Counted from the whole stretch's first letter, positions 25,520 to 38,032 are shown. The stretch is 62,847 bases of DNA, filler included, from Pirum gemmata (GCA_002812295.1; 22 parts of 22 records of this genome joined end to end with filler, not necessarily neighbours in it), one strand, 5' to 3'. The notes: generated from the sequence alone by a model not told the origin. A program made the numbers and translations.

Positions 25520-25860
25520 TTTTACTAAATCTTTTATAAGTTTAAATTTTTATTCATTGAAAATACACTGAAAGAAATAATAAAAATATTTTAAATGCAA
25601 TACTAATACGAATACTAATACCAATACGAATACTAATACCAATACTAATACTAACACTAATACTTACACTAATACTGATACTAATACTAATACTAATATT
25701 AATCTAATACTAATACTAATACTAATACTAATACTAATACTAATACTAATACTAATACTGATATTAATACTAATATTAATTAATGCTAATACCTAATACT
25801 ATACTAATACTAACATTATTACATAGTGAAATACTTTATTTCTTGTTTAACTTTTTGTAT
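25520..25860 (-). repeat. Tandem copy of the amidoligase 3' end (last 7 codons, stop, 3'UTR)
   Basis: Minus-strand TACAAAAAGTTAAACAAGAAATAAAGTATTTCACTATG and the downstream UTR duplicate 25861-26235. Confidence 0.85.
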
Positions 25861-26210
25861 TTTACTAAATCTTTATTATAAGTTTAAATTTTTATTTATT
25901 GAAAATACATTGAAAAAAATAATAAAAATATGTTAAAATGCAATACTAATACTAATACGAATACTAATACCAATACCAACACTAATACCAATACCAATAC
26001 CAATACTAATACTTATACTAATACTAATACTAATACTAATACTAATATTAATCTAATACTAATACTAATACTAATACTAACACTAATATTAATATTAATA
26101 TTAATATTAATATTAATATTAATATTAATACTAATAATAATACTATTAAATACTAATATACTAATACCTAATACTATACTAGTACTAACATTATTGCATA
26201 GTGAAATACT

Positions 26211-26895
26211 TTATTTCTTGTTTAATTTTTTGTATCTCCGTCTAGCCAACTGAGCAACATCATTATCTTCTAAAAATCTAAGAAAAACTTCCAGTTGCAT
26301 CTCTACATTAAAAGTGTTAAGTGTTAAGATTAAGACTGGGGTTAAAATTAAGGGTTAAGTAAAGGTTAAAGTTTAAGTAAGAGGGTTAAACGTTAACTAA
26401 GAGTTAAGGGTTAAGTAAGGGTTAAATAAGGGTCCAAGGTTAACTAAGAGTTAAGGGTTAAGTAAAGGTTAAGGGTTAAGTAAAGGTTAAGGGTTAAGTA
26501 AAGGTTAAGTAATGGTTAAGTAAGGGTTAAGGGTTAAGTAAGGGTTAAGTAAGGGTTAAGTAAGGGTTAAGTAAGGGTTAAGTAAGGGTTAAGGGTTAAG
26601 GGTTAAGTAAGGGTTAAGGGTTAAGTAAGGGTTAAGGGTTAAGTAAGGGTTAAGGGTTAAGTTAGGGTTAGGTTAGGGTTAAGTTAGGGTTAGGTTAGGG
26701 TTAAGTTAGGGTTAGGTTTCAGGATTAACGGTCAAAAATTCAGGGTTAAGGGTTCACCTTCGTTTCCTGGTGGCAGTCTTATACTACTATAGTCAGTTGC
26801 TTTAACTTTCTCACACTTGATAACGAAGCTTAACAAAAGCTTAATCCAGAAAACGCATTTATTCTGGGAAGTTGTCCCGGAATGACTGCGGAATT
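26211..26895 (-). CDS. Putative amidoligase (Amidoligase_2 / COOH-NH2 ligase family), last two exons
   Basis: Exons 26895-26758 and 26302-26211 give (E)FRSHSGTTSQNKCVFWIKLLLSFV...FLEDNDVAQLARRRYKKLNKK-stop, containing the EFRxHxGT...W motif. Confidence 0.72.
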
Positions 26896-27829
26896 CTATA
26901 ATGTAATTGAATATATTATTATTATTATTGATATATATGGATATATGGTTAGGGTTAGGGTTAGGGTTATGGTAATAAATAATAAATAATAAAATAATAA
27001 TTAAAATAATTAAAATAATTAAAATAATTAAAATAAATAAAATAANNNNNNNNNNNNNNNNNNNNNNNNNNNNNNNNNNNNNNNNNNNNTTAATTAATTA
27101 ANNNNNNNNNNNNNNNNNNNNNNNNNNNNNNNNNNNNNNNNNNNNTCTTATATTATTACTTTTTGTCTACATGTCTATTATTTTTATACTAACAAAGTTA
27201 GCGCATTAATTAGTATACCAACTATCAATACAAATGAATTGTGATATATATATATATAAATATAATATATTAAATACATTGTGACTTCGGGGTGTGTTTC
27301 AGATAAGAAAAGAAATATATATATATATATATATATATTATAAATAAACCCATCAAAACACTTCAAAAACTTTACGAATAAACATTATGCCAATGATAAA
27401 GCTTATTAATAACAAATAATAAGACTATTACGAACTTTTAAATCAATAAAATAAATTTCAAATCAGCTCATTTTAAGCATAATATAACCAATCAAAAACT
27501 GTAGATAAATAAATGTAGATGAGAAATAACATGTAGGCATAATTTATAAAATTTCGGTTTCTCAATTTCTATTCAATATAAGTTGTGTAAGTATGATTAT
27601 GATTATGATTATGAATATGATTATGATTATGATTATGATTATATGATTATGATTATGATTATGGATTTCATAATCAAGGTTTACTTAGCAAGACATCATT
27701 CTTACGACTCTTGTTCTGTGTGTTTATTCTATACCTATTTATTCTATACAATTTTTTCCTTATGAACCACAAAGAAAAATGATATAGATTACTATACAAT
27801 AATCATTTCATTTAAAAAAAGTTAATGAC

Positions 27830-28370
27830 AAGGTCAATGTGATAGTAATATGATACTATTACAACAAATAACATTACCATATTCGATATAAATAAAGACA
27901 TGGTCAAAATGATAAGAATACACCCATAGAACTTAAATGATTGCATTTAAGTAAAAGTTAATAATAACAAGGTTAATTAATGTTGTGTGTTACTACTATT
28001 TCAATACCATTCCAAAACATTACCAATTGGATGGTGGAAATATTACTACCATATTCGATATAAATGAAGACACGGTAACAAAATGATAAGAATACACCCA
28101 TAGAGCTTAAATAATTGCATTTAAGTAAAAGTTAATAATAACAAGGCTAATGTTGTGTGTTACTACTATTTCAATACCATTCCAAAATATTACCAATTGG
28201 ATGATGGAAATGTTACTAACTACCATATTCGTTATAAATAAATAAAGACACGGTAACAAAATGATAAGAATACACCCATGGATTGCATTTAAGTAATAGT
28301 TAATAATAACAAGGGTAAGGTTGTGTGTTACTACTATTTCAATACCATTCCAAAACACTACCAATTGGGT
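27830..28370. repeat. Tandem repeat of about 170 bp, about 3 copies
   Basis: gttgtgtgttactactatttcaataccattccaaaa occurs three times. Confidence 0.85.
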
Positions 28371-28550
28371 GATTAAAAAAAATTATATTTTCTTTAACCT
28401 ACCTCACACATAGGAAGAATATACATTATCATCCAATATTAGCCTCTAACTTGAGACCTCTTGATGTATCCATATATATATATATATATATTATTGTATG
28501 TTTGCAGTTATTTTTTAAATAAAATGAAATGAATATCAAATCAAATTTAT

Positions 28551-29598
28551 TCAAAATAAACTTTTCAATTTATCTACTAAAGGGCAAAAACTGGATGATT
28601 TTATGGTCAGTGTATATTCACATGTGGACGATTCATCTAACGACATACTTTTATAATGTTCACCTTTGTCTTTCACGCATTCTAATTTCACTTTAACTGT
28701 TCTCCAAGTTCGAACAGCATCACAAAAATCTTGGAAATATATATACAGAATATATAGAGGGTTAGGCGTTAGGGTTAGGCGTTAGGGTTACGTGTTGGGG
28801 TTCGGGTTAGGGTTAGGCGTTGGGTGCGTTGGGCGTTGGGCGTTGGGCGTTGGGTGTTGGGCGTTAGAGTGAGAGAGAGTCAAACGTTAGGGTTTAGGGG
28901 TTAGGGACAGCGTTAGGCGTTAGGTTTAGGGGTGTATGCGTTAGGGGATAGGGTTAGGGTTAGGATGGATTAGGGAATAGGGTTAGGGTTAGGGTACACA
29001 AATCCAAGAAACTTAATTAATATGGAATAAGTAGAAGCTAAAACAAGCGAAACTTTAAAAAATAAAAAAAAGAAACTTGAAAAAAAAAAAGAAATTAAAA
29101 AAAAGACGAAACAAAAAAAAACTGAAAAACAAACAAAACAAAACAAAACAACAAAAAAAAATAACAAAATAACAAAATAACAAAATAACAAAACAAAACA
29201 ACAAAACAAAACAACAAAACAACAAAACAACAAAACAACAAAACAACAAAACAACAAAACAACAANNNNNNNNNNNNNNNNNNNNNNNNNNNNNNNNNNN
29301 NNNNNNNNNNNNNNNNNNNNNNNNNNNNNNNNNNNNNNNNNNNNNNNNACAAAAAAAACAACAAAACAACAAAACAACAAAACAACAAAACAACAAAACA
29401 ACAAAACAACAAAACAACAAAACGAAGTATAATATATAATAATAACGATGCACAAAAGCAACTGAAAAACTAAAATGAAAGCTATAAAAGCAAATATGAA
29501 CCCACCTCCTTTAGAGTATAAAAGCACTACAAAATTTTCCGAAACAATTCTGCTTCTCCTCGAAACGGGAATACTGTTGACCCATTCTCTGTGAATAT
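28551..29598 (-). CDS. ERLEC1: ER lectin (erlectin/XTP3-B, MRH domain), last two exons
   Basis: Exons 29598-29506 and 28729-28551 give IHREWV...LLYSKGDFCDAVRTWRTVKVKLEC...DESSTCEYTLTIKSSSFCPLV-stop, with MRH R/E/Y residues and Cys spacing. Confidence 0.8.
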
Positions 29599-30359
29599 CT
29601 GATTTATTTAATTATATAAATTATTATTATTATTATCGTTGTTGTTGTTGTTGTTAACAACAACAACAACAACAACAACAACAACNNNNNNNNNNNNNNN
29701 NNNNNNNNNNNNNNNNNNNNNNNNNNNNNTTAATTAATTAANNNNNNNNNNNNNNNNNNNNNNNNNNNNNNNNNNNNNNNNNNNNATTATTATTATTATT
29801 ATTATTATTTATTTCTATTACCCTATCATCATTATGCTACTGTATTAAATACTAATTGTTATAATAATAGGATAATAATACTATCATTTTCCTTTTTTAA
29901 TCCAACCAACCCCTAGCAATCAACAAGAAATAGATTTAGATGAACTTAGATGAACTTAATATACATTTTAATTAAAGTTAGCTTTTTAAGTTGTTTCAAT
30001 AACGAATAACTATGTATAAAGTTGGATCCCAGCAAACGCACAACACAGTGCTTTCGGTGTTCATTCTTCAAAGTTAGTTTTAAATTTATTTCTAATTGTA
30101 TCAATTCATGACGTATTCTTTTACAAACAATCACTCTGTTACTATCTAGAGGCTAAAGGTTTCGTCTCTATTCCAGAAAACACATAACACGGTGCTGCGG
30201 TTTTAAATTTATTTCTAATTGTACCAATTCTACAACGAATTCTTTTATGAGCCATCTACCCGCTATTAATACTATCTGCAGAGATTATCATAATCATTAT
30301 CATTAATATCATTATTATCTTTATGTTTTTTATTCTTTTTGAAAATTGACATACGTCTG

Positions 30360-30636
30360 GGGATACGCAAATAAATGAAGCAAAGACGAGAATATTCTAA
30401 ATGCTTTTTTAACTCCGCAAAAATTTCTTTAGTTTTACTGTTATAAGAACTATCGTTGTCGCAATTTATAGCATCAGTTGTTCTACAAACATTAGCTAAA
30501 GAGAGGTCCTTATTCGGCTTTAGATCTGTATTAAAACTATGATCTAGTTTTTCATTCTTGTCATTAAAGAAATTTTTGCGGAATTAAAAAAGCATTTAAA
30601 ATATTCTCGTCTTTGTTTCATTTATTTGCGTATCCC
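30360..30636. mobile_element. Foldback MITE with about 75-bp TIRs nested in the previous element
   Basis: GGGATACGCAAATAAATGAAGCAAAGACGAGAATATT... versus ...AATATTCTCGTCTTTGTTTCATTTATTTGCGTATCCC. Confidence 0.85.
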
Positions 30637-30638
30637 GG

Positions 30639-30947
30639 GTAAGATGCAAGCTAGAAACAAGATGTTTCAATGTACATAACCTGGGTTACTATGACCATCA
30701 TGGCTATAATAATGAAGACGACTCTGAAATTAAGTTAATGATAGAAAATTTTTTTGGTGCTTACATTTGCGACTATTGTTATAACCATCATGTGCAGAAT
30801 AGTTATCTATGGAACCCCAAGGACATTTTGTTAAATGAATTTAGCTATGACCCGGAAGAAAACATCTGTTTTATGACTATTGGTGATTTCATTAATTATC
30901 ACAAAGATAATTTGAGTAAATTACAAGAGCCCCTAAAGACTCCCTAA
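30639..30947 (+). pseudogene. Cys-containing ORF remnant truncated by the nested MITE
   Basis: The frame is open from the MITE edge: VRCKLETRCFNVH...YICDYCYNHH...CFMTIGDF. No family recognised. Confidence 0.35.
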
Positions 30948-31722
30948 AGTCAATGTTAGATCAATTTTGTTATTACTTATTAGAAGGATCGTTTTACTAC
31001 CATAAGACGTGTGAAAAAGTCGAAGACGGTAAAGACGGCAAAGACGGCAAAGACATAATCTCGATTGAAAAATTCGAAAACAAAATCGCGTTTGAAGTTT
31101 GAACGTTACAAGGTAAAACAAGCCAAAACATATGCCAATTTTCAAAAAGAATATAAAAAACATAAAGATATAATAATGATAGCAAATACATAATAACACG
31201 GTGCTGTGGCGGTTTTAAATTTATTCCTAATTGTACCAATTCCACGACGAATTCTTTTACGAGCAATCTACTAAATAGGTTTCATCTGGATTGACATAAT
31301 AATATGGTGCTGGTAATAATACGGTGCTGCGGTTTTAAATTTATTTCTAATTTAGCCAATTCCACAACGAATTCTTTTACGAGCAATCTCCTCCGCTACT
31401 ATCTGCAGAGACTAAATAGGTTTCGTCTGGATTCCAGTAAATACATAATAACACGGTGCTAATTGAACCAAATCCATGACGAATTCTTTGTATTCTACTC
31501 AGAGACCAAACAGGTTTCGTCTGGATTCCAATAAACACATAATAATACGGTGCTGCGGGTTTAAATTTATTTCTAATCGTGCCAATTCCACGACGAATTC
31601 TTTTACGAGCAATCTACTCCTCTGCTATTATCTGCAGAGACTAAATAGGTTTCGGCTGGAATCCAACAAAGCAAATACATAAACACGGTGCTGCGATTTT
31701 AAAATTATTTCGAACTGTCTCT

Positions 31723-32072
31723 TCAAAGACGAATTCTTTTTCTTACAATCACTACCCCGCTACTATCTGCGGTTGCTAAATAGGTTTCATCTGGATTCCA
31801 GCACACACATGACACGGTGCTGCGGTGCTCATTCAAAGTTAGCAAGACTGGCTTCACTTTATTTCTGGAATCGTAAATATAAACAACCCCTTCTTCACTC
31901 CCGCAAACAAGAAAACGATGGTTTTTGGGACTAAAACAGCTTCGTAGGTTGGATTTGGTTTGTTTTATTTTAACATTTTTCTTTTGTTTTACACCGCCTT
32001 TTTCATCATAGACGCCCAATAGGTACATTGAATTGTTACAACAATTTAATAATAAAGATTCTGATAATTTTC
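31723..32072 (-). CDS. WDR13: WD repeat protein 13 homolog, last exon
   Basis: Acceptor tatag, then SLLLNCCNN...LRSCFSP...LVCGSEEGVVYIYD...EHRSTVSCVCWNPDETYLATADSSGVVIVRKR. This parallels the WDR13 C-terminus (SLLINAC, VTGSED, DESLLASSDASGMVIVW). Confidence 0.8.
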
Positions 32073-32582
32073 CTATACACAAAAGAAAAGGGAAACAATC
32101 GTTAACAGATTATGAAAAGAAAAATTCCTTTAGGGCTAGGGTTAATTGGGGGTAGGTTTGGTTGGTTTTGGTGTTGGTGTTGGTGTTGGTGTTGGTGTTG
32201 GTTTTGGTGTTGGTGGTGAGTGGGTTGGAGCTGATTGTTGTTGGAGTTGGTTGTGGTTGTTGTTGTGGTTGTGGTTGTGGTTGTTGTTGTGGTTGTGGTT
32301 GTGATTGTGGTTGTGGTTGTGGTTNNNNNNNNNNNNNNNNNNNNNNNNNNNNNNNNNNNNNNNNNNNNNNNNNNNNNGGTGGTGTGGTGGTGGTGTGGTG
32401 ATATGGTGGTGGTGTGGTGGTGTGGTGGTGGTGTTGTTGTTGTGTTGGTGGAGGTGGAGGTGGTGGTGGTTTGTTGTTGTTAAAATCAGTGATAGAATTC
32501 AAAATTATTTTGGAAGTGTTCATGTTGGTCGCATTAGCATGTATTGTTATTATTTTCATACAAAATTTTGTATTTTTCTTAC

Positions 32583-34367
32583 CGGCAATATTCCCCAGTG
32601 CCCACATACATTGTTCAGCAACTGATTTATTTTCGTCGCCCAGAAGACTGATAAAAACTGGTACACTTCCTAATAATTATAATAATAATAATTAATAATC
32701 AATAATCATTAATAATAATTTTAAAATAATAAATATTATTATTCATTTTTTAATAATAATTTTAATAATAATTAATAATTATGACGTCATTCGTTTTAGC
32801 TCTATACGTCAGTCCCTATGATATATCAGATTTTTTCTTACATACAATGTAATAATAAAAATATAATATCAGAACAACAAATCTGAAGAATTTTATATTA
32901 AAGTTTTGTGGTTTATTATAACGATGTTAGAAGTATATTTTATTACTATATTGTGTTATTGTTTATAATTGTTGTTAAAGTTGTTATGATATTATTGTTA
33001 TTATATTGCAATTGTTATTGTATTACTGTATTATTTGTATATAAGTATTATTATTACTATATTGATTGTATTCTTATTATGTTGTTGTTGTATAGTTGTT
33101 ATATTATTGTTATTATATTTCTATTGTTATTGTATTACTATATCATTTGTGTGTTACAGTTTATTTTTTAATTTTTAATTTTTCTTCTTGTTTCTATGTT
33201 ACCTGCATCAACGACAGTTTGGGTTTGTTCTGAAGAACCAGAGGCCAGATTAGTTAAAGTCCAAGCGCTTTCGATTTTCAATTGAATGTCAGAATGCTAC
33301 AAGAAATAATTAAAAATAAAATAATAAAAAAAAACCCATAAAACTGAACAAAACCAAACAAACCTGAATAAACCTGAACAAAATTGAATAAACTTGAATA
33401 AAACCAAGGGGTAATAAAAGAGTGTTTAACTGTATTTATGACGTAGCAATTATATAATTAAATTACGTCATTTTTTTGTTTTTCTTTTTTTTGTTTTTAG
33501 TTTTTTGTTTTTTTGTTTTTCAGGTTAAATGATAATTAAAAGATCAGGAGAAATATAAAGTACTATATCATCCCCTTACCCATACCCTTCCGCTTACGCT
33601 TACGTTTACCCCTAACCCTTGCCCTTACCCTTACCCAGCCTTGGTTTTTTCTTTGTTTTTAATAGATTAAATATACAAATTATTAATGAAAAAACTTTGA
33701 CCATTCTTCCTTTTTTTTTAAAAAACAGCCAAGCCGGATAAAACTTTAGAAATCTTTTTTTTTTTTAGACTTCTTTTCTAAAAACCTTTAATGCTAACTA
33801 GCCAAATTATTTTTAAAAACTAGCCATTGGTTCATAATAGAGTTTTCTTATAACATTCCTCAAACTTTGGTAATACTTTCATTAAAATTGGATCATTTTT
33901 GGATTTTTTGGATTTTTGAGCTCATATGGCGGATGTCGCCATTTTTATCCAGCTTGGTAGTTTAAAAAAAAAAAGAACAACAAAAAAAAAAAGTTGACGT
34001 CACGAGTTGAATACTCTTACTTCCATTCCTCTTAATAAAACCGAAAACAAATGAATAAAAATTGAAGGGTTAGGGTTAGGGTTAGGGTTAGGGTTAGGGT
34101 TAGGGTTAGGGTCAGGGTTAGAGAAGGGGAGAACATACAGTCATTAATTCAACAAGCTTTGTTACACAACCAGTCCTAATGACGTCATTCAAAGGTGGTG
34201 CTGTTTTCGACGAAGATAACAATCTACGAATTTGAGTAGCTCCCATTTTAACTGCGTTATAATCGGTGCTTTTTAGGTTTTCAACTAAAACAGGTAAATC
34301 TTCAAGTTTGGGTTTAGGCAAATCGGTAGCTGGAAGAAATTTTTGAAGTTGCTCCCCTGGAGTGAAC
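32583..34367 (-). CDS. KPNA: Importin alpha (karyopherin alpha), three internal exons
   Basis: Exons 34367-34139, 33296-33203 and 32669-32583 are in phase: [61 protein letters not shown]. Confidence 0.95.
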
Positions 34368-34634
34368 CTAATGTTTATTTACACAAATCAAAAGATTGCG
34401 ATGATGGTGGTGGTTATGGTTATGGTTANNNNNNNNNNNNNNNNNNNNNNNNNNNNNNNNNNNNNNNNNNNNTTAATTAATTAANNNNNNNNNNNNNNNN
34501 NNNNNNNNNNNNNNNNNNNNNNNNNNNNATTATTATTATTATTAGTTATTATATCTTAAAAGTCTAAGGCTTTGTACGAGGTTTCTTTCGTCTGTTTTAT
34601 TATTATTTTTTATTTTTTATTTTTTAAATAACAG

Positions 34635-36303
34635 AGCCTGTAAAACAACAGCCGATTTGTAATGGAGGCGGTAAGAGGTTAAGTCCTACCGACATCAAGG
34701 TTATGGTAGAAGCAATTGAGCAATTGTATTTTTTTGAATTTCGCGTTGGTATGTAATATAGTGTTAGAATTAGGGCTAGGGAGATACGGAAAAACATAAT
34801 CGAATCAAAAAGCTCGATTCTAATTATTAAATAGTGTCAATTTTGAAATGATATTCTTTTTTTTCGAGTTTCAAGTTTTTTCTATGAGATTTCTAAGAAT
34901 TTTGAAGAATTTTTTAATGAAATCAAAAGTGAGCCAATACTTAAAATTAGATCGAAAAATTTCGAAAGTTTTGAACTAATCTCGATTCGATGGGGTTTCC
35001 CGCATCTCCTAGGGGTTAGGATTAGGGTTAGGATTAGGGTTAGGATTAGGGTTAGGATTAGGGATTAGGGATTAGGGATTAGGGATTAGGGCTAGGGTTC
35101 GGGGTAGGGTTAGGGTTAGGGTTGAGGTTAGAGTTAGAATTAGAATCAAGTGTTCGATTTAGGATTACGAGTTAGGGTTAGTGTTAGGGTTAGGGTTAGG
35201 GTTAGGATTTAGAGTTAGGGTTAGGTTAGGGTTCATGGTAGTAACCATTAGACAATTGTATTTTTTTGAATTTCTTGTTTGTAGGTTATGAAAGTTTGGC
35301 TAGTTAATTTTTTTTTGAAGGGTTAACCTTAACCTTATGTTATTGATAAAAACGTTTTTCTGGTTTTGTTTTTGTCTTTATCATTATGATTGTTATTTTA
35401 ATATCATCATCTTAGTATTACTTCATTATTTATATAGTGAATGGTTTTTAGTTAATTTGTTTTGTTCATTTAAATTTTATTTTATTTAATTTTGAAACTT
35501 AAGGTCAATTTAAAGTTTCAAGCTTTCTTGGTTCGATTGACGGGGGGTCAATGTTTCCTCATGCACACGAAGTATTTTTGTATCGCCACTATTTGTTTAC
35601 TTTACATTATAACCAAGACCAGGTAAAGATATCTTTTATTATTATTATTATTATCATCATTATTATTAATTTGTTTTAAACCAAACTGTAGGAAGCAGAG
35701 GTGTCAATTTCGTCGATAGTTGTTTATTTTCGTGTTTGTTCATTTGTGTTGTCTTTTGAAAATTATTATTTGTTCGTTCGTTCGTTCGTTCGTTCGTTCG
35801 TTTTGTCTGTTTGTTTGTTCGTTGGTTCCTTAGGTTTTTTTTTTTTTTTTAACCCTTTAACGGTGGTCATAAATTTAAATCTTAAAAAAATATTTCTGAC
35901 TTAGGTCGTCCCCAATAGTTTCTTGTTCGAAAATCTACAACTTTGAGTTTTTTTAAAGCGAAAACTCGCCCATTTACATTATATATATATATGATAATGA
36001 ATATTTTTTGTCACTTTTTGATATTTTTAAATATTTTCGAACATATTAAGTAATTATGAGCTTGAAAAATGAACTGAAATGCATGCTACCAATAACTTTT
36101 CAAGGATATTAAAAAAAACAATTACAATGCCAATAAAAACATAAAACATAAAGCACAAACACAATCACTTTTATATTAATCTAATTAATTTTCATTTTAT
36201 TAATTTATTTACTAAACTCTGTTTATTGTATTTTTAAATTAGATTGTCCACGTCAATTTGACGGCAAGTGGAGTAGATCGATTTAAGTTACCAGAACCCA
36301 ACG
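34635..36303 (+). CDS. TM9SF1: Transmembrane 9 superfamily (nonaspanin) protein, TM9SF1-like, three internal exons
   Basis: Exons 34635-34748, 35504-35622 and 36243-36303 give EAIEQLYFFEFRVG..SFLGSIDGGSMFPHAHEVFLYRH..YNQDQIVHVNLT. Confidence 0.85.
34779..35009. mobile_element. MITE family C, full copy in a TM9SF1 intron
   Basis: TIRs GGGAGATACGGAAAAAC..ATCGAATC / GATTCGAT..GTTTCCCGCATCTCC with TA on both sides, inserted in TTAGGG-like sequence. Confidence 0.8.
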
Positions 36304-37002
36304 GTATTGTATTTTTAGGATTTAGAGTTGGGTTAAGGGTTAGGGATTAGGGGTTAAGGGTTAAGGGTTAGGGATTAGGGGTTAGGGATTAGGGTTAAGG
36401 TTAAGGTTAAGGTTAAGGTTAAGGTTAAGGTTAAGGTTAAGGGTTATGGTTAAGGTTAGGGTTAGGGTTAAGGACACGGGGTGAGTATGTAATTAATATA
36501 ATTTAAGTAGTCGTAGAAGCATAATGATTGACTGACGTCGGTGACAAAAGAAACACTCTAACTCTAACCCTTACTCTAATCTTAGCCCTAACCCTAACCC
36601 TAACCCTAACCCTAACCCTAACCCTAACCCTAACCCTAACCCTAACCCTAACCCTAATTCATCATGGTTAATTAGCAACGTTGTTGTAATAATCATTATT
36701 CTATGATAAAAATTAGTGTATTGGTTTAAATTATTTAAGACTTGTTGGTAAAATACCCTAACCCTAACCCTAACCATGGTCAGTTGGAACAACCATTACA
36801 ATGCTATTACTAAATAAAATAATCAGTTCCATATTATTATATTATCTCACTCATGGTTAACTAACCTTATGACGTTTTCTTTCATCATCGATTTCTATTC
36901 ATCAACATCATAATTTAGTAATAACATAATAATAACAGCAATAATAACAATAACAACAATAACAATAATAACAATAATAATAACAGTAACAGTAATAATA
37001 AC

Positions 37003-37037
<35 letters not shown>

Positions 37038-37156
37038 TAATAATAACGATAATAATAATAATAATAATAATAATGATAATAATAATAATAATAATAATAA
37101 NNNNNNNNNNNNNNNNNNNNNNNNNNNNNNNNNNNNNNNNNNNNNNNNNNNNNNNN

Positions 37157-37265
<109 letters not shown>

Positions 37266-37407
37266 CAATGTTGTAAAATTTTTTCACTTCTTCACTCTCC
37301 TGTATATATCCTTGTTTGCGTTGAAATAATCATTATATTTCATTATATTTCAATTATCACTCTATTTATTTATTTGATAAAAAGTATTAAAAAATACCAA
37401 AATCACC

Positions 37408-37494
37408 ATGTCTAAAATTGAAGCCTTACACGCAAGACAAATCTTCGATTCTCGAGGAAACCCAACTGTTGAAGTTGAACTTAAAACTGAACTG
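37408..37494 (+). CDS. ENO: Enolase, first exon
   Basis: [29 protein letters not shown] followed by donor GTTAGT. Confidence 0.96.
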
Positions 37495-37981
37495 GTTAGT
37501 TGAGCTTTCTTTCACCTTTTTTATGTCCCCCCTGTTTATAGTTGTCTTGTTTTTGATTTTCTTTATTCTCTTTCTTTTTTTGTTGTTTATTCATTTCTTT
37601 GTGGCTTAGGTGGTGTTTATTATTGCTATTTTCTGAGATTGGTTGCTTTTAATAAGTGTTGTATTTTTTAGTTTTTGATTTATTTATTTCGCTCTCTTTC
37701 GCTCTCTTTCTCTCTCTTTCTCTCTCTTTCTCTCTCTTTCTCTCTCTTTCTCTCTCTATGTGTTCACTTTTTCTAGTCCCCCCCCCTTTTTTTTGTTTTT
37801 TACTTTGTATATTACCTGATATGTCAACATTTGTGAATTCTTTTTCTTTGTTTTTGTATTTCTCTTATTATTATTATTANNNNNNNNNNNNNNNNNNNNN
37901 NNNNNNNNNNNNNNNNNNNNNNNTTAATTAATTAANNNNNNNNNNNNNNNNNNNNNNNNNNNNNNNNNNNNNNNNNNNNTA

Positions 37982-38013
<32 letters not shown>

Positions 38014-38032
38014 TTTATCCATTGAAACACAC

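Larger units (their letters stand above)
30307..31181. mobile_element. Element with about 55-bp inverted ends carrying an ORF remnant
   Basis: 30307-30360 (atcattattatctttatgttttttattc...gaaaattgacatacgtctgg) is the reverse complement of about 31124-31181. Confidence 0.65.
29990..31722 (-). repeat. Array of about 6 diverged 115-135 bp copies of the WDR13 3' end, split by an insertion
   Basis: The acgaattc anchor occurs at 30110, 30234, 31246, 31366, 31478 and 31592, versus 31728 in the gene. acacggtgctgcgg and ataggtttc-tctggattcca are shared. Confidence 0.88.

Noticed and set aside
35849..35870. piggyBac-like end TTAACCCTTTAACGG
   Set aside because: No matching inverted end was found downstream.
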